Positions 37,110 through 49,985 of a DNA stretch of 64,000 nt are shown piece after piece (position 1 is the first letter of the stretch; every line of letters begins with the position of its first letter). Both the position numbers and the translations under genes were made by a program. The notes under the pieces were generated by a model that was given only the letters and a program-made list of their open reading frames with translations, was not told the origin of the DNA and ran no database searches. Source of the stretch: Takakia lepidozioides (taxonomy: Eukaryota; Plantae; Bryophyta); assembly GCA_030704615.1 (NCBI GenBank), contig CM060731.1, forward strand, positions 6,324,001 to 6,388,000, read 5' to 3'.

Positions 37110-39777
37110 CTCTCCAGGCCAAAGTCACTGCAACTGTGAATGCTGCTAGTGTCGGCATCTTGCCCCGCTGGGCAACCGCAACTCCTCCTATAAACGTCAC
37201 AGGGAGCTGCACACGCCGGCCCTCCCCTGACTGCCATTCAGGCCTATAGGAAGCTGACTCCTCCCAAAAATCCAGGGTGAAGCCCATAGGGTACAACATT
37301 GCCCCACCAACCATGACATCGTACGAGACCGCGTCTGTCACAATGGCCTTGGCTCGCATCACTGAGCCATCTGTAGGGTGATCCGGCCATAGTCTGATAG
37401 CCAACTCACGCCGTGTCATGCCCCAAGCCTGCTCCGATCCTCCCAGAGACGTCTGTATCTGGAAAGGACAAGGCTCCATATCCGCCTCCGTGAGGCCCAA
37501 GCCTGCAATAGCAGCTCTGCCCATCATCAATGGCTGAGCTCCCGAGTCCAACAAGACCTGCAGTGGCCGGTACCTCTTGCCTGCCGGTCCACTCAAACAG
37601 AAAATGTCATCCTAGTTGTCTAACATGACAACTCCAAGTGTAACCATGGCGCGCTCAATGGCTGGCCTAGCTGGCAGCTCTATCAACCTAGCAGCTGCAA
37701 CTTGCCATGGCGCCGTTGTGGCAGTCTTGACCCTCAAATCCGAGGATCCCTCGGGCACTACACCTCCCACTATCTCCGCAAAAGATGAAGTAACCTCCCC
37801 ACTCTCACAGAGTGTAGCTGCCAGCCTGAACACCTCAGCTGGTCTTACCCTCGACGTCGCAATCATGGCAGCCAAGAACAATGGAGCCTGGCACACCGAT
37901 GTGGTCGCTCCTAGCAGCACACTAGCTGTCGTAGCTCTGGCAACACTAGGTAGTGGTGCTACCCGTGTAACTCTCCCCAATGGCATAGTAACCTCCGCCT
38001 CGGTAACAGTCGGGCGAGAACTAGGTGCCATGGATGGCGTCGACATTGTCTCCGCCAATGTGAATGACTGAGGAAGCCTAGCCTGACGGCTTGCCTCCCC
38101 ACGCTGTGGATCCAACTCTACCTCTGCACCTTGTGGCTCAGGAACTCGTGCTGCTCCTCGAGTCACGGCTGCAGTAGACTCCACCTGCACTAGTGGTAGT
38201 GCTGCTCCGCACATGAATCCCATGCCTCCCATATCTCATCCCTCAGGAGCAGGAGGTGGACCATCCGGCCTTGGAGCCGGTACCACCTGAGCTGTAGCCA
38301 TGGCAGCGAGCCTCTGCTTTAGATGCTGAAGCCGGTTGGCCATGCCTTGGTCAACACCCTGACCTCCGCGTCCTTGGCCATGTTGAGCTTGCCCTTGGCC
38401 TGCACCCCGTGCCTGGCCACCTCGTCCTTTTTGGGCTGCTCCCCCTCGCCCCCAGCCACCATTGTTCCCTTGGAACTGGCCTGGGCGCAACTCGGGATAC
38501 AAACCATAACACTGGGCCTCTCCATGTCCGTGCTTGCCACAATGCCCACACTGTGCAGGCTGTGCATGCCGGCCCTTTGCCTCCCTCTGGGCAATCCTTC
38601 TTGACATGGGGTCCTCCACATGTCCAGCACACCACATCCGCCCGTTGTTGGCTAGCAAATGAAGAGAGAGACCCCTGCATCTGAGGTCCTCTCTGCCCTT
38701 CCCTGAGCTTCACTTGAGCCCCCTTGTTGCCTTGAGCACATTGAGGTAGCCACTACCCCGTGGTGTCTCCTTAGCAAATCCCACCATGACCACTGGTTCC
38801 TCCTCCATGTTGAGCTCTATCCGCTCTGCCAGCAAAAACACATTTGCTAAGGTGGGTTGGGCCGCTTGTAAGAGAGTTGCATCCCGCACCCTTCTCCTCA
38901 GCTCCTTGTCCAATATCCCATACCAGAATTGGACTGCCTGAGCTTCCGTAACCCTTTGGGTTATATTTATCAAGCGCCTCACGTGAGTGAAAGCCTCCCT
39001 CAAGCTCTCGGTCGGCTTCCATTGGAACTCTTGCAAGCTCCGCAACTTCTCTGTCCTCACCCCTTGGTAGTTCCCTCTCAACTCTTCGAAGAACTCCACA
39101 ACATGATTGAAGGTAGGCACGGGTACTGGTGCTGGTGCGGTAGTGGCTTGGGTGGACGTCATAGCTACGTTACCACCAGTCCTACTAGTCCCACTGCTGC
39201 TTGCTGAAGCTGCAGGTGCAGCGGCAGGTGTAGCCACTGCCCTCGTGACTCTAGTGCCCCTAGTGATGGAGACATAGTCGGGTGACCAGTACATCCTCCA
39301 CTCCTCGATCTCAACCTCATGCCCCCACCTGAACTCATGGTAATCATCCATAGGCGGCCCCTCAAGGTGCTGAAACAGCCCCTTCCATGCCATGAAAGGC
39401 GTAAATAGTTGTGGATTGCGCATTTGCTGCAAATCACACCAACTATCAAACTCTTGGATAAAATTATCAAACTCTTAGATAAAATCATCCAACTCGATGG
39501 TGCCCACCGCCCCAGAGTACCTTCGTGGCCCCTTGGTAGCTCCATACATCTCCTCTATTGTGTCCCACAACAATGGCAAGGAAACAACTTGCACCGCCGG
39601 TATGAGTCCTCCTGATTCACAATCCGAATCAGAACCTTCCGTAGAAGACACAGGAGCTGAAGGTGGCCTAAATTGCACACCTCGTCTCGTGTACCCACTA
39701 GTATCGCTAGTGCTCGAACCGACACTGTCCCCAGCAACTAGTGGCACCTCCGTGTTCATACTCAACCGGTCATGAAC
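37102..39777 (-). mobile_element. Ty3/Gypsy gag, zinc knuckles and aspartic protease of the methyltransferase-bearing element (decayed)
   Basis: gag (ELDDFIQEFDSWCD, LFQHLEG, LQEFQWKPTESLRE, FWYGILDKELR); knuckles CWTCGGPHVKKDC and CGHCGKHGHGEAQC; protease VLLDSGAQP...YDVMVGG. There is a 21-bp duplication with a stop at about 39475 and several frameshifts. Confidence 0.88.
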
Positions 39778-39820
39778 ATGTCCCTAACCCCCTCTCCACA
39801 AGGTAACCGGGTAGGGAACC

Positions 39821-41106
39821 TGTTGCGGCTTATGGTTTGGAATACTAAGTTCCTAACATAGCCTACACCTGTACCTGCATCCACCGCAAACACAGGAGAA
39901 ACAATGATGGTCTGGTTGGTCATCACCCCAGCCTCACCATCGACAGCATGCTCTAGGACTGGCCGGTGATCAAATCCGGACCAATCACCTATAAAAACAA
40001 GCGCCCACACAAAACTAGCATGGCGTACAGTCAAACATGCAGATATGGAGGGGATCCAAACACAAGAAATCAGAACGACAACTCCCCCACACCAATAACA
40101 ACTCCACGGTGTTGCTCCTGCAAGGACACCCCAGCCCAAACCCGGACTGACTCTTGCCTCCACCTACGGAAAGGTCTTGGCCTAATGAGAGGGTGGAAAC
40201 TACGAGGAAGAGAAGCTAAAGCAATGCCTAACCCCAGCATGCCCTCATCCCAACACTCTTCCTCTCCTCTCTTCCCTCACTTGCATGACCATGGGAATAT
40301 CATGAAGATACTCCTCAAACCGCCCTCCACGAGCTTCAAAATTTGGCCTTCAAGACCACATGCCAGTCCTTAAGTAGTCCACCAGTGCCTCCACGAGTCA
40401 GCAGAGGCCATCCACAGGTCAACACGGGCCACCACAGACCAGCACAGGCCCACACAGCTCACTGGTCACAGCCGTCACAGCCCCACACAGGCCACAGGGC
40501 ATAGCCCACCACAGCCTGTCACAGGCCATCACAGCCCCACAGGCCACAGGGCACAGCCCGCCACAGCCCATCACAGCCCATCACAACACGTCACAGCCCC
40601 ACAGGCCACAGGGCACAGCCTGTCACATCCCGTCACATCCCCTCATAGCCCGTCACAGCCCCACAGGCCACAGGGCATAGCCTGTCACAGCCCGCCACAG
40701 CCCATCACAGCTCGCCACAGCCTGTCACAGCCCCACAGGCCACAGGGCATAGCCTGTCACAGCTCGTCACAGCCCCATAGGCCATTGGGCACATCCTGTC
40801 ACAGCCCCTCACAGCCCCACAGGCCACATGGCACAGCCTGTCACAGCCCTACACAGGTCACAGGGGTCACAGCCCCAAAGGCCACAGCCCCTCATAGGCC
40901 ACATGGCACAGCTTGTCACAGCCCGCCACAGCCTGTCACAACCCCTCATAGCCCGTCACAGCCCCACAGGCCATAGGGCACAGCCCCTCACAGCCCCTCA
41001 CAGCCCCACAGGCCATTGGGCACAGCCTGTCACAGCCCGTTACAGCTCGCCACAACCTGTCACAGCCCCTCATAGCCCGTCACAGCCCCACAGGCCACTC
41101 ATGACA
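39821..41106 (-). mobile_element. Putative 5' LTR of the methyltransferase-bearing Gypsy element
   Basis: The minus strand starts TGTCAT at 41106, exactly at the array edge. A possible end ...GCAACA at 39821 lies just upstream of gag. There is no second LTR copy to confirm. Confidence 0.45.
40420..41100 (+). repeat. CACAGCC-based tandem array (gtcacagccccacaggccacagggcacagcc units)
   Basis: About 680 bp of 8-11 bp subunits in a variable higher-order repeat, with CG>TG/CA variants among units. Confidence 0.95.
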
Positions 41107-42795
41107 GTTTAGCCATTTCTCCAAGGGGTTTAGCCACTCCAAGCTAGGGTTTGTGTCTCTTGGACTCTAGGCTTCTTTGCACCGAGCATGGCGGCTGTGA
41201 AGAAATCAGCAAGGTATTCTTGCTCTTTTGGCTCCCACACACCACCAATAGTAGCCCTAAGCCATGAGGAAGATGGTTGCTACAAACCAAGCATTCTTTC
41301 TCACTTAGACTCCCCAAACACGCCACTAAACTCAATGGCAAACAACCAAGCCTTGCTGGTTTCCAGCCCTTGTGAGCACTCATTCAAGCGTTTCCTTTGG
41401 CCATAGCATCTGTCTTAGAGCCTATTCCAGCCCCCTACACCTGCCACTTCAAGAGCCATGCTCTATCTAGGCTTGAGGTTGAAACCCCAACTCAGAACAC
41501 GCTTTACAAGTGTTGGACTGTCACATAAGAGCAGATCAGCCCCTTATCTTCTCTTCTAGTTCTCTAAAGCTTGAAAACAAAGCCCAATGGACTGAAGGCA
41601 TGCTCCACACATGCCCCACTCTCACCACTAGAGAATCAGCCCCTTGCACCCATCAACCTGAAAATACACGCTTCAGCGGGCTGGAAGCATGCTCCACACA
41701 TGCCCTACAGGGAAACCAGCCCCTTTCTTCCTTTCTTGCTTGCCCTCCAAGCTTGAAGATGGAAGCTTCAATGAGCTGAATACATGCTCCACACATGCAA
41801 CCTCTTCACACAAGAGGTATCAGCCCCCTATCTTGGCTCTTTAGTTCCTTGATGCTCTCTAAGACAAGACTAAGCACTCCACAGCCCTTGCCAAGCTCCT
41901 AAAACCCTAAGGCTTACATTTCCAGCCACAAGACACTCCTCTTGTGGTGCAAGAGCTCTTCTTCCAAGCTCTGAAACCCTAGGTGCACATTCCATGGCCT
42001 TGCCGCACCTCTTAGCTCCTGTTCTAGCCTTGCTCTTGCCATGACAAGAGCCCTCTCAATGCTGAAGCTCGAGTTGAAACCCAATCTCAACATACTCCAC
42101 AAAGTGCACTGATTTGCCCCAAGCCAAATCAGCCCTTTCGCTTGGTCTTGCAATCATTCACACAATGAAAGCTCGCATTGCCAAGTCCAATTCTCAGCTT
42201 TGCCACCAAAGCCACTATAACCTGCTTTTGACTGGTTCTCTTCCCAATCGTGCTTGCTCATGCATGTACACAATTTGAAACCATCAAGGTGCTCTGGAAT
42301 TACCTACAGCATGGTGCTTTCATCTCTGAAGCTGAAGATCGAATGCCAAGGTCTACCACCTCGTAACCCACATCGCCTCCGCTTCTAACAACCAAGAGCT
42401 CCACGGTGCTCCTTGCATAATAACCTGGTTTCTCTCATTCTCAAGCAAAAACCACAAGTGCTACAACTAACTCGTATCTGGCACTCACAGAGACGAGCTG
42501 ATCTTTCTCGAGTGATAAAGAAGAAGAATACAAGCACAAGCTCATGCGAGCTCATAAAGCTGAAGCATAAACTCATGCATATATAACCTCATCACTCAAA
42601 TACAAGTCAAGTCAAGTGCACCCCACGCCATGGGGAATCCACACTACGGCGCCATAACTAGGCGCGGTGAGGTTCAACTCGAGAAAGATGAGCCTCCCGC
42701 GCTTGCCGTGAAGATAACCACTCCAGGGCCTAAATCTGCCTTGACCCCTGGATTGACACTTGGGCCAATCCCAAATGTCAATATGTAAAAGCTAG
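41107..42795 (+). mobile_element. Putative LTR with ~90-bp U3 repeats, TATA box and downstream hairpins
   Basis: catgctccacacatg...cagcccct units at about 41590, 41685 and 41780, with related units at about 41480 and 42070. tatataa lies at about 42580, and nested inverted repeats at 42648-42782. Confidence 0.5.
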
Positions 42796-42849
42796 CTATT
42801 TCCTAGCTAATTTCACACTAGTGGTAAAATAACTTGACAAGTGCTTCGA

Positions 42850-44330
42850 CAAATTTTCATCAATGTATTCACGTAATGCAGCCAACTCCGTCTGGGATAA
42901 GTTATAGATTGGGCCGAATGGTGGTTGGGCTTTTTCTTGTAACTCAATTGCACAGTCATAAGGTCGATGTTCTGACAATATGTCTGCATTTTTCTTCTCG
43001 AAGACATCTTTGAAATCTTGATATTGAGCGGGTAATGTTGAAGTACCTTTGTCTGTTGTGGTCTTGATCGGAGTCGCATAAAGTGCAAATGTCGCCTCCT
43101 TTTTTGTAGCTTTCATGAAAGCTCTAGCTCCAAGGAATATGGGTTGAATACTTTTGATATTTCTACATTTTTGTCTTGCAAAATTTTTTCGCGATCGTCA
43201 GTCGATGTCGGGATTGTGAAGTACGAACCAGGGAAGTCCAAGGATCACAGGATTCGTTGGAGACTGGATGACATTGAAAACAATATGTAATGCTTGATCT
43301 TTAAGCTTCACTTCAAGTGGTCGAGTTTCATGGTCCACATTTCTTGATGATAATGGTCGTCTATCGATGACTTCAACAGGGGCCGAGAGTTTCTTCTTTA
43401 CGAGCGTTAAATTGTTTTGCTTCGCAAAGTTTTTGTCCATAAAACAAGCTGAAGCTCATGAGTCCAAAAGTGCTTCTACAGTGATATCTCGATTTTGCAC
43501 TCTGATTTTTACCGGAACTGTGAAGCAAGGTGCAGGATCTGGAGGTAGAAAGAGACATTTTTTCGATAAGGAATTTGTGGTGTCCAGCCGCATGATCCCT
43601 ACTGTGACTGGACATCTTCGTTTTCCGACCTCCTCGTATTGAACACTTGAGTTGTGCCCCGAGCTTTGAATCTTCTCTTGTTGGGGCAGTTTAATGCTAT
43701 GTGATCTTCTTCTATGCAATAGAGGCATAATCCATTCGAGCGCAGTCTTTGTTTTTCTTGTGGCGTCAATGGCTTGAATCAGACAGCATCAATCTGCATA
43801 GAAGCACTACTGGATGTCTGATGAATCGTTGTATTTGGTGTCATAGTAACAATGACATGATGCGTCGTAGACCATCCAGATCGCTTCTCTTGACGTCTTT
43901 CGAACAAACGATTATCGCATGCAATGACTTGGGTGATGAATTCACTCAGTGTGCTCACGTTTGGCATTGTCAGCAATAAATCTTTTACATCATCTTTTAG
44001 TCTACATCGAAACTGACTAATGAGGCTCTTCTCATTCCAGTCGAGGTCGCACGTAAGTTGTCGAAATTCGGCAGCATAAACGGAAGCAGGACGTGCTCCT
44101 TGTCGAAGATTTTGCATCTTTGTTTCTGCAACTCTCTCTCTATCATTTTCTCCAAACGTTGCAGTGAACTCGGACATGAACGCTTCAAAATTGTATGGGT
44201 CAAAGCATGCTACGGTCCACCCAAAATGGACGTCCCAAGCTCTCTGCGAATGCAGTGCCACATAGAAGGACTGACATGGATGTTGGATATAAGTGCATTT
44301 TGAAAGTTTAGACATGAATCATTGATCTTT
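42850..44330 (-). mobile_element. Tcn1/Tf2-like Gypsy gag, protease and start of RT (decayed)
   Basis: LRQGARPASVYAAEFRQL..DLDWNE..L..QFR..LKDDVKD.L (gag); ALLDS*ASACFMD and ILGLPWF..HNPDID (protease); HRPYDCAIEL....PPFGPIYNLS..EL..LREYIDENL (RT N-terminus). Confidence 0.9.
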
Positions 44331-45898
44331 ATTCTGTGCTGAAAACAACGGTGGTTTTCTTTTTGGAATCCATGGAGATTTGAGCATTGAATGAAGTCCA
44401 AACGTAAAAGTATGTATGATGTCCAAAGTAAGGTTGTGGACTATATGGAATCAATTGGAGTGGTGGAAAACTTCAATTCATATAGGGATTTTAATGTCCA
44501 GTAGGAAGGTCACCGTTATACGTGGAAACCACAATGTAGCCCTAAGAATTAGTTTATGAGATATGTGAGAAATTTTCAAAATCTATCATTTTATCTTGGA
44601 ACATCCTAATTCATTAGACCTTCTTCCATTCATTTTCATGCTATGGTCCTTTCATAAGAAGTGTAGCTTTCAAGACTCCCTAAGGCACTTTACAATGATA
44701 TGGAGGTTTTTATGAAGGAATGAACTGCTTGATGATTTTTCATGAAGAGAGTTACATTGGTGTATATTTTGGAAAATCTAGAAAATAATGTAACATTCAC
44801 ATAAGGGCAAAGGGGTTGCAGGAGACACTAAAGGTTGCTACGTATGCCATTTTGGTGAAAAAAAACTAAGTCGTTCGAGCTGCCTACCGTGAGATATGGA
44901 CTGCGCGGCTGCGTCCGCCATGGATGCTGCATGAAAAGCTTCAAGACAACAGTCTCGCGCATAGAGTGTGCAAGACGGCGGGTCACCCGTCACCGGGTGG
45001 TCTGTCAACGTAGATTTTCAAAATGTCTGCGCGTTTGCAAGTGTGGCCCATACACCTTTGCCCTAATGGCCTAACGTTCTATTCGTGCTATCGATCTTCT
45101 TTCTCATATTTTTGAGTGTGCAGAGATAGCCATGCATGATATGCTTTCAGTTCTTATGTAATGCACTAGAGCGCACAACAGCCTGGAACACGTTGGATAC
45201 GGGGTGCGACACGGGCAGTATTGGCGTGCAACCTCGCCATTGACGTATCTTCGTGCAACCTGGCCATTTCCTCCAGCATTCGGGTGTTTGGTTTTGCTCT
45301 TGTCGTACTCACTACGCACGCACATTCATTTGTCTATGTTGCTCACCTGAGTTCCAAGAAAGTGCCATGTGTAGTATTTATGTGATACATGTGTGAGTTT
45401 TGGAGGTTGCAATCTTTGTATAGTGATAACTAGCTGTAAGTGGTATTGTGTTTGCGTTTGTGAGGGTCACAATCTGAACCATATCAGCCCCATCTACTAG
45501 CTCAAGTCTTGGGTACGCAAGCTGCTTGTAGGTCGCGTGCACTTCAATCGCAGCTACTTATAGCCTGCGCATTACCTCCATCTAGAATAATGTTAATCTT
45601 CCCTCAAGTTGAGCATGAGTAAGAGGATGTACTACGCGTTAGTTTGGATAGGTTCTCTATCCAGGGCTCCCGCCACCATAGCAATCTCATGCCTTATCGT
45701 GCTCATCCTGTTTTTGAGTGGGAACCCCTACCGCATATTGCATTGACTGCCCTATAGCAGGAGACTTGATTATATACAGGGTCCCTCTCAAGGTGCATCC
45801 TTGGGGGTTCAAAATGAATTTGTATTGTGATGATATGCGATTTTCCTGCTGATGATATGCGTTCTTTGCTGCTGCTGCGTTTGGTGGAATTTTACCAG

Positions 45899-46155
45899 GT
45901 ATTCAGCTGAGGTGAGGCCAGGGCGCTTTGGGATAATAATTACACTGTACAAGCAGCAGCTATTACTGCTTCAGAATCGCTTTATTCGTGCACTAGGTTC
46001 TGGTGCAGCATGTGACATTGAGTTCAATACTGTGGATGGGTTTCAAGGACGTGAAGTCGACATTCTGATTTTGTCCACAGTTGGACGACAAGGGCGAGAG
46101 AATAATAGGAATGGTGAAGTAAATCGTGGAAGCATTGGGTTTGTGGCTGATTACA
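45899..46155 (+). pseudogene. Fragment of a SEN1/senataxin/UPF1-type superfamily-1 helicase (AAA_12 region)
   Basis: GIIITLYKQQL...DIEFNTVDGFQGREVDILILSTV...SIGFVAD, preceded by the splice-acceptor-like ttttaccag. Confidence 0.8.
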
Positions 46156-46405
46156 TAACAAGTAAAGGTGGGGGCTCTCCCATTTGTTGTCATATTCATT
46201 GCAGATTTTCCTACTTGGTGTAAATTGGTGCAACAGAACCGAGAGTGTTGATATTCTTCTCACATTTGCTTTGGGTTGTTTTGCAGGCCATGTTTTCATA
46301 CAACTGAATTGGACTGGGACAACCATTGGGAGAGAGAGTACACTTAAGCAAACTGTTGTCTGGTTTCCGATCTCTATATTGTGCTAACAGTTGTATCAGT
46401 TTTCA

Positions 46406-49400
46406 ATGGGGAACAAGAAGAACAAGTATAGGGTAAATGGAGAGGTAAGACCAGGCCCTCAAAAAAGGGCAAAACTGGCTTTGTTGGCTGCAGCCAGGCC
46501 CACCGAGGATACACGCAAACAAACCCACGCTGACCAGAAAAGAATGTATAGGGAGAGACTTCAAGCCCAAAAAGAGGCAGAGATTAATGCGGCTACTACA
46601 ACGTCTGGGCAAGGTTCTGTGGAAGATGCCAGGGTGGGGTTTGGAGAACGAGACAAGAGGAGAATAGCTTTGAAAATGGCCGACTTCTGTTACAAGCAAT
46701 TGAGGGAATGCCCAACACTTCATTCACAAACAGAGGTAATGGAGTTATTTTTGGGTCACCATCTCATTAAACTCAGCTTACCTGCCTATTACTTGCCGCC
46801 TAAGGAGGCCAAGGCGCATGCAGATTTGTTGAAGAACCAGCAGAGCTCCATGCAACTTGTTAAGGGTGTGCAGTCTTTAGATAAGCTTGCGAGTAAACGC
46901 TCATTCTTAACAGCGTCTGTTAGTGGAACCCAGACCACTGCTGTGAGGGCAACGGCACGTATTCTTAATATTCATCATAGCAATATTAGTCGTGCAATTG
47001 TACGACGAAGAGTCATTGATTCAGAAGGTGAGGGTTTGTGGGCTTTGGGTGGGAGAAAGAAAAGGTCTGATCATGTACCAGATGCGACCCGAGCAATCGT
47101 TTTGGCTTGGTGGGTAAATGAGACACGAGTGTCACCCAACAAGAAAGATGTCGTGAGCAGCGCGTATCGAGGAAAGTCTATGATACACAACCTGCTCACT
47201 ATCTTCTTGAGACTCAGGTAAGCGAACCCTCTCTTTACAGTGTTTGTGTGGGCTCTCAGTACTTTACAATCCTTCTACACTTACTACTGTACATAACTGT
47301 ATTGGACTATGTTGGAGTTTGTCAACTGCCATTGTGTTGTTTGGGTTGCCTCGTACATTTTCCCTAGACAAGGTACATCGTCACCTGTAAACCTACCAGT
47401 GGACTGAGATTACTGTACTCAATTGTGGACACTATGTCCAGCTCATGTCCTGAATTGGAGTGTCTTGAAGATGTCCCTCTTGTTCATGGACTGGTACTCA
47501 TTGTAAACAGGCCTGGGATGGACTAGAAGTACGACTCACTAGCATGCACTCCTTATATTATGACTAGATAGGACAAAATAGCATGCACTCCATGTAATTT
47601 GATTTGGAGGGACTAGAAGTCGATGTACATGTACTCCATTAGTACATGCACTCCTTGAAATGTGACTAGAAAAGGACAATGACTAGGACTAGGACCGATT
47701 TGGACATGCATTCCTTGATATGTGACTAGAAAGAAGTAGGACTAGGACTGATTAGGACATGCATTCATTGGTATGTGACTATGCATTCATTGGTATGTGA
47801 CTAGGACTAGGACTAGGACTGGTTAGTACATGCATTCCTTAATATGTGACTAGAAAGGACTCACACTCGGACTGATTAGTACATGTACTACTTCATATGT
47901 GACTAGGAAGGACTAGGTCTAGGACTACTAGGACTGATTAGTACTTGTACAATTTGACATGTGATGAGAAATGACTATGACTAAGACTAGGTCTAGGACT
48001 GGTCTAGGTCTAGTAGTAGGTATTCTTAGTGCACTAAATGGGATTCTCTTTGTGCATGTTGTGGTGGCAATGCAGACTGCTTTCTTTCTTCGCTTCAAAT
48101 CAGCCCATCCCAATGTCAAAGTGGGTCAACGATTGTTTGAGTTGTTGAGGCCATTCTTTGTCAAACGCCTGAAGGATCGTAATGTTTGTTGCTGCAAATA
48201 TCATGTGGAGATGGCGGAGTTGAAGGATGGGTTCAACAACATGCGGACTGCCGAGAGGGGTGTCCACTCTCCATCATCATGTACTTGTGACTGTAATATT
48301 TGTCGACGTGGACCAGTATTAGATGGTGAAGCTGGTTGTCAAGCGAACAAGCACCCCTACAATAGAGTGACTTGGCTTTGGCAAGAAATTGTTTGTCCCA
48401 AAGGGGAATTGGATGAATGGCATCGGCGAGACTGTCTCATGGGAGAGTGCTTGAGGTGTGGCTCAAGTAAGTTATCTATTTGTCCCGTGGAGGCAAATGG
48501 TTGTGATTTGACAGTGCAGTGGAGATGCTATGCAAAAGAGAATGTTGGGGAGAAAGATGGAGCCCCTAGAATGAGACTGAAACTCCAATACCAAACGACT
48601 TCCTCTGTTGAATTCTTGTCGTACTTCAAACCCAAGCTACAGGCTTTTGTTCGTCATAACTTTGTAGCCCGATGGCAAGATGCTCAGTTTAAAGCCAGTT
48701 TGAAATCTTTGCCAGAGAATACAATATTGTCTGTTGTTGACTTTGCTGAAAACTACACTTTTACAGTTCAGAATGAAGTGCAAGAGATGCACTGGCACAG
48801 TTTCCAGATCACTATATTGGTGCACATTACCTACCGGTGGAATCCACACCCTGATGTGAATGATCCCGATTCCAAGGTTTTGAAAGAAATGCACTTTTAC
48901 ATTTCTGATGACAACAAGCATGACACGCTGTTCGTACAACATTGCTTTCGGTTTCATTGGAATTACCTTGCTGAAGCAGGGTTCAGACCTGAATCGCATT
49001 GGGTATGGAGTGACGGTTGTGCTGCTCAGTTTAAAGGTGCTCGTCCTTGGTATTTTGTTAGTAGGTACCCCCACATCACAGGGGGTTGCACAATGTGGTG
49101 GAACTTTTTTGGATCAGGGCACGGGAAAGGTGAGCACGATGGGGCTGGTGCTGTGATCAAGAGGGCTTTACGAGCAGAGCAGTTAAACTCAAATGGGCAA
49201 AATGCTGCTGAGGCAGTAGTTTTTTGGCGCAAGAACCTGTCCACCCGACCTCCTTCTTCGTACTCTAAGATTAGAACAGCAGTGAAAAGACATTTTTGGC
49301 TTGTTCGTACAGAAGATGTTGACCGTACACAAGAGTGGGATTGCAAGACCGTACCTGGAACTCGGTCTTTACATTCCATTCTTGGGAGGAACAAGTCAGA

Positions 49401-49985
49401 CCCAACCAAACTTATGGTTCGAGACTTAGCATGTTTTTGTCCGCATTGTTTGGATCTTGATTGGGACAACTGCATCAGTATTGCTCATGCACAAAAATGG
49501 AAGTTGCAAACCCTGCAACCTACAAATACAACTGCTGTCCGGAGGCAGATTGAAGAAGAAGGGGATGAAGAACAAGAGTTTGGGGGAGATGGGGAGGACT
49601 TGGCCTCCTGCTTGGATGCAGGGGACAATTTTGCCTGCAATGCTGAAGCTGGAAACTCAGAAGGGGTGGACTTCTACTTGCTCTGTTGTGAAAGGCCGGT
49701 TCACGTTGTTATGGAGACATTCACAGATGGGTGGGGAAGTACTTTTGACCCTGGCGAGCATGTGGTTGCAGGGAGATATTACCAGTTGTGTGGAAGAAGA
49801 GATAAGGCTTACAAGTTCCTATCTGACCAGCCTTTGGCATTTCTGTATTCGCATTTGGTAGGGCTATCAAATTTGCTATGCCTCCAGCGACATATCGAGT
49901 CAAAGGCAAGGATGCAGTCTTCACCTTGTCTGCGGATGCATTGGAAGGCATCAATGAAGCTCTGGCAGCAATGGAAGATCGCTAA
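46406..49985 (+). mobile_element. Two-exon DDE-type DNA transposase gene (DFAENY / SDGCAAQFK / HGKGEHDG family; superfamily uncertain, possibly Sola-related), two frameshifts
   Basis: Exon 1 46406-47217 (HTH-like VRATARILNIHHSNISR; 1-nt shift at about 47156). Intron 47218-48075 (gtaagc...tgcag). Exon 2 has Cys clusters (CCCKYH, CLMGECLRCG, CFCPHC) and the catalytic motifs. A shift at about 49860 restores RAIKFAMPP...EDR*. Confidence 0.8.
47400..48015 (+). repeat. GGACT(AG) motif array with a ~55-65 bp higher-order unit in the transposase intron
   Basis: Recurrent catgcattcctt..atatgtgactagaaaggactaggactaggactgattag units. Confidence 0.9.

Noticed and set aside
47971-48075. Hydrophobic N-terminus of the 681-aa ORF as a signal or TM segment
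   Set aside because: It is read-through of intron sequence upstream of the tgcag acceptor at 48075.
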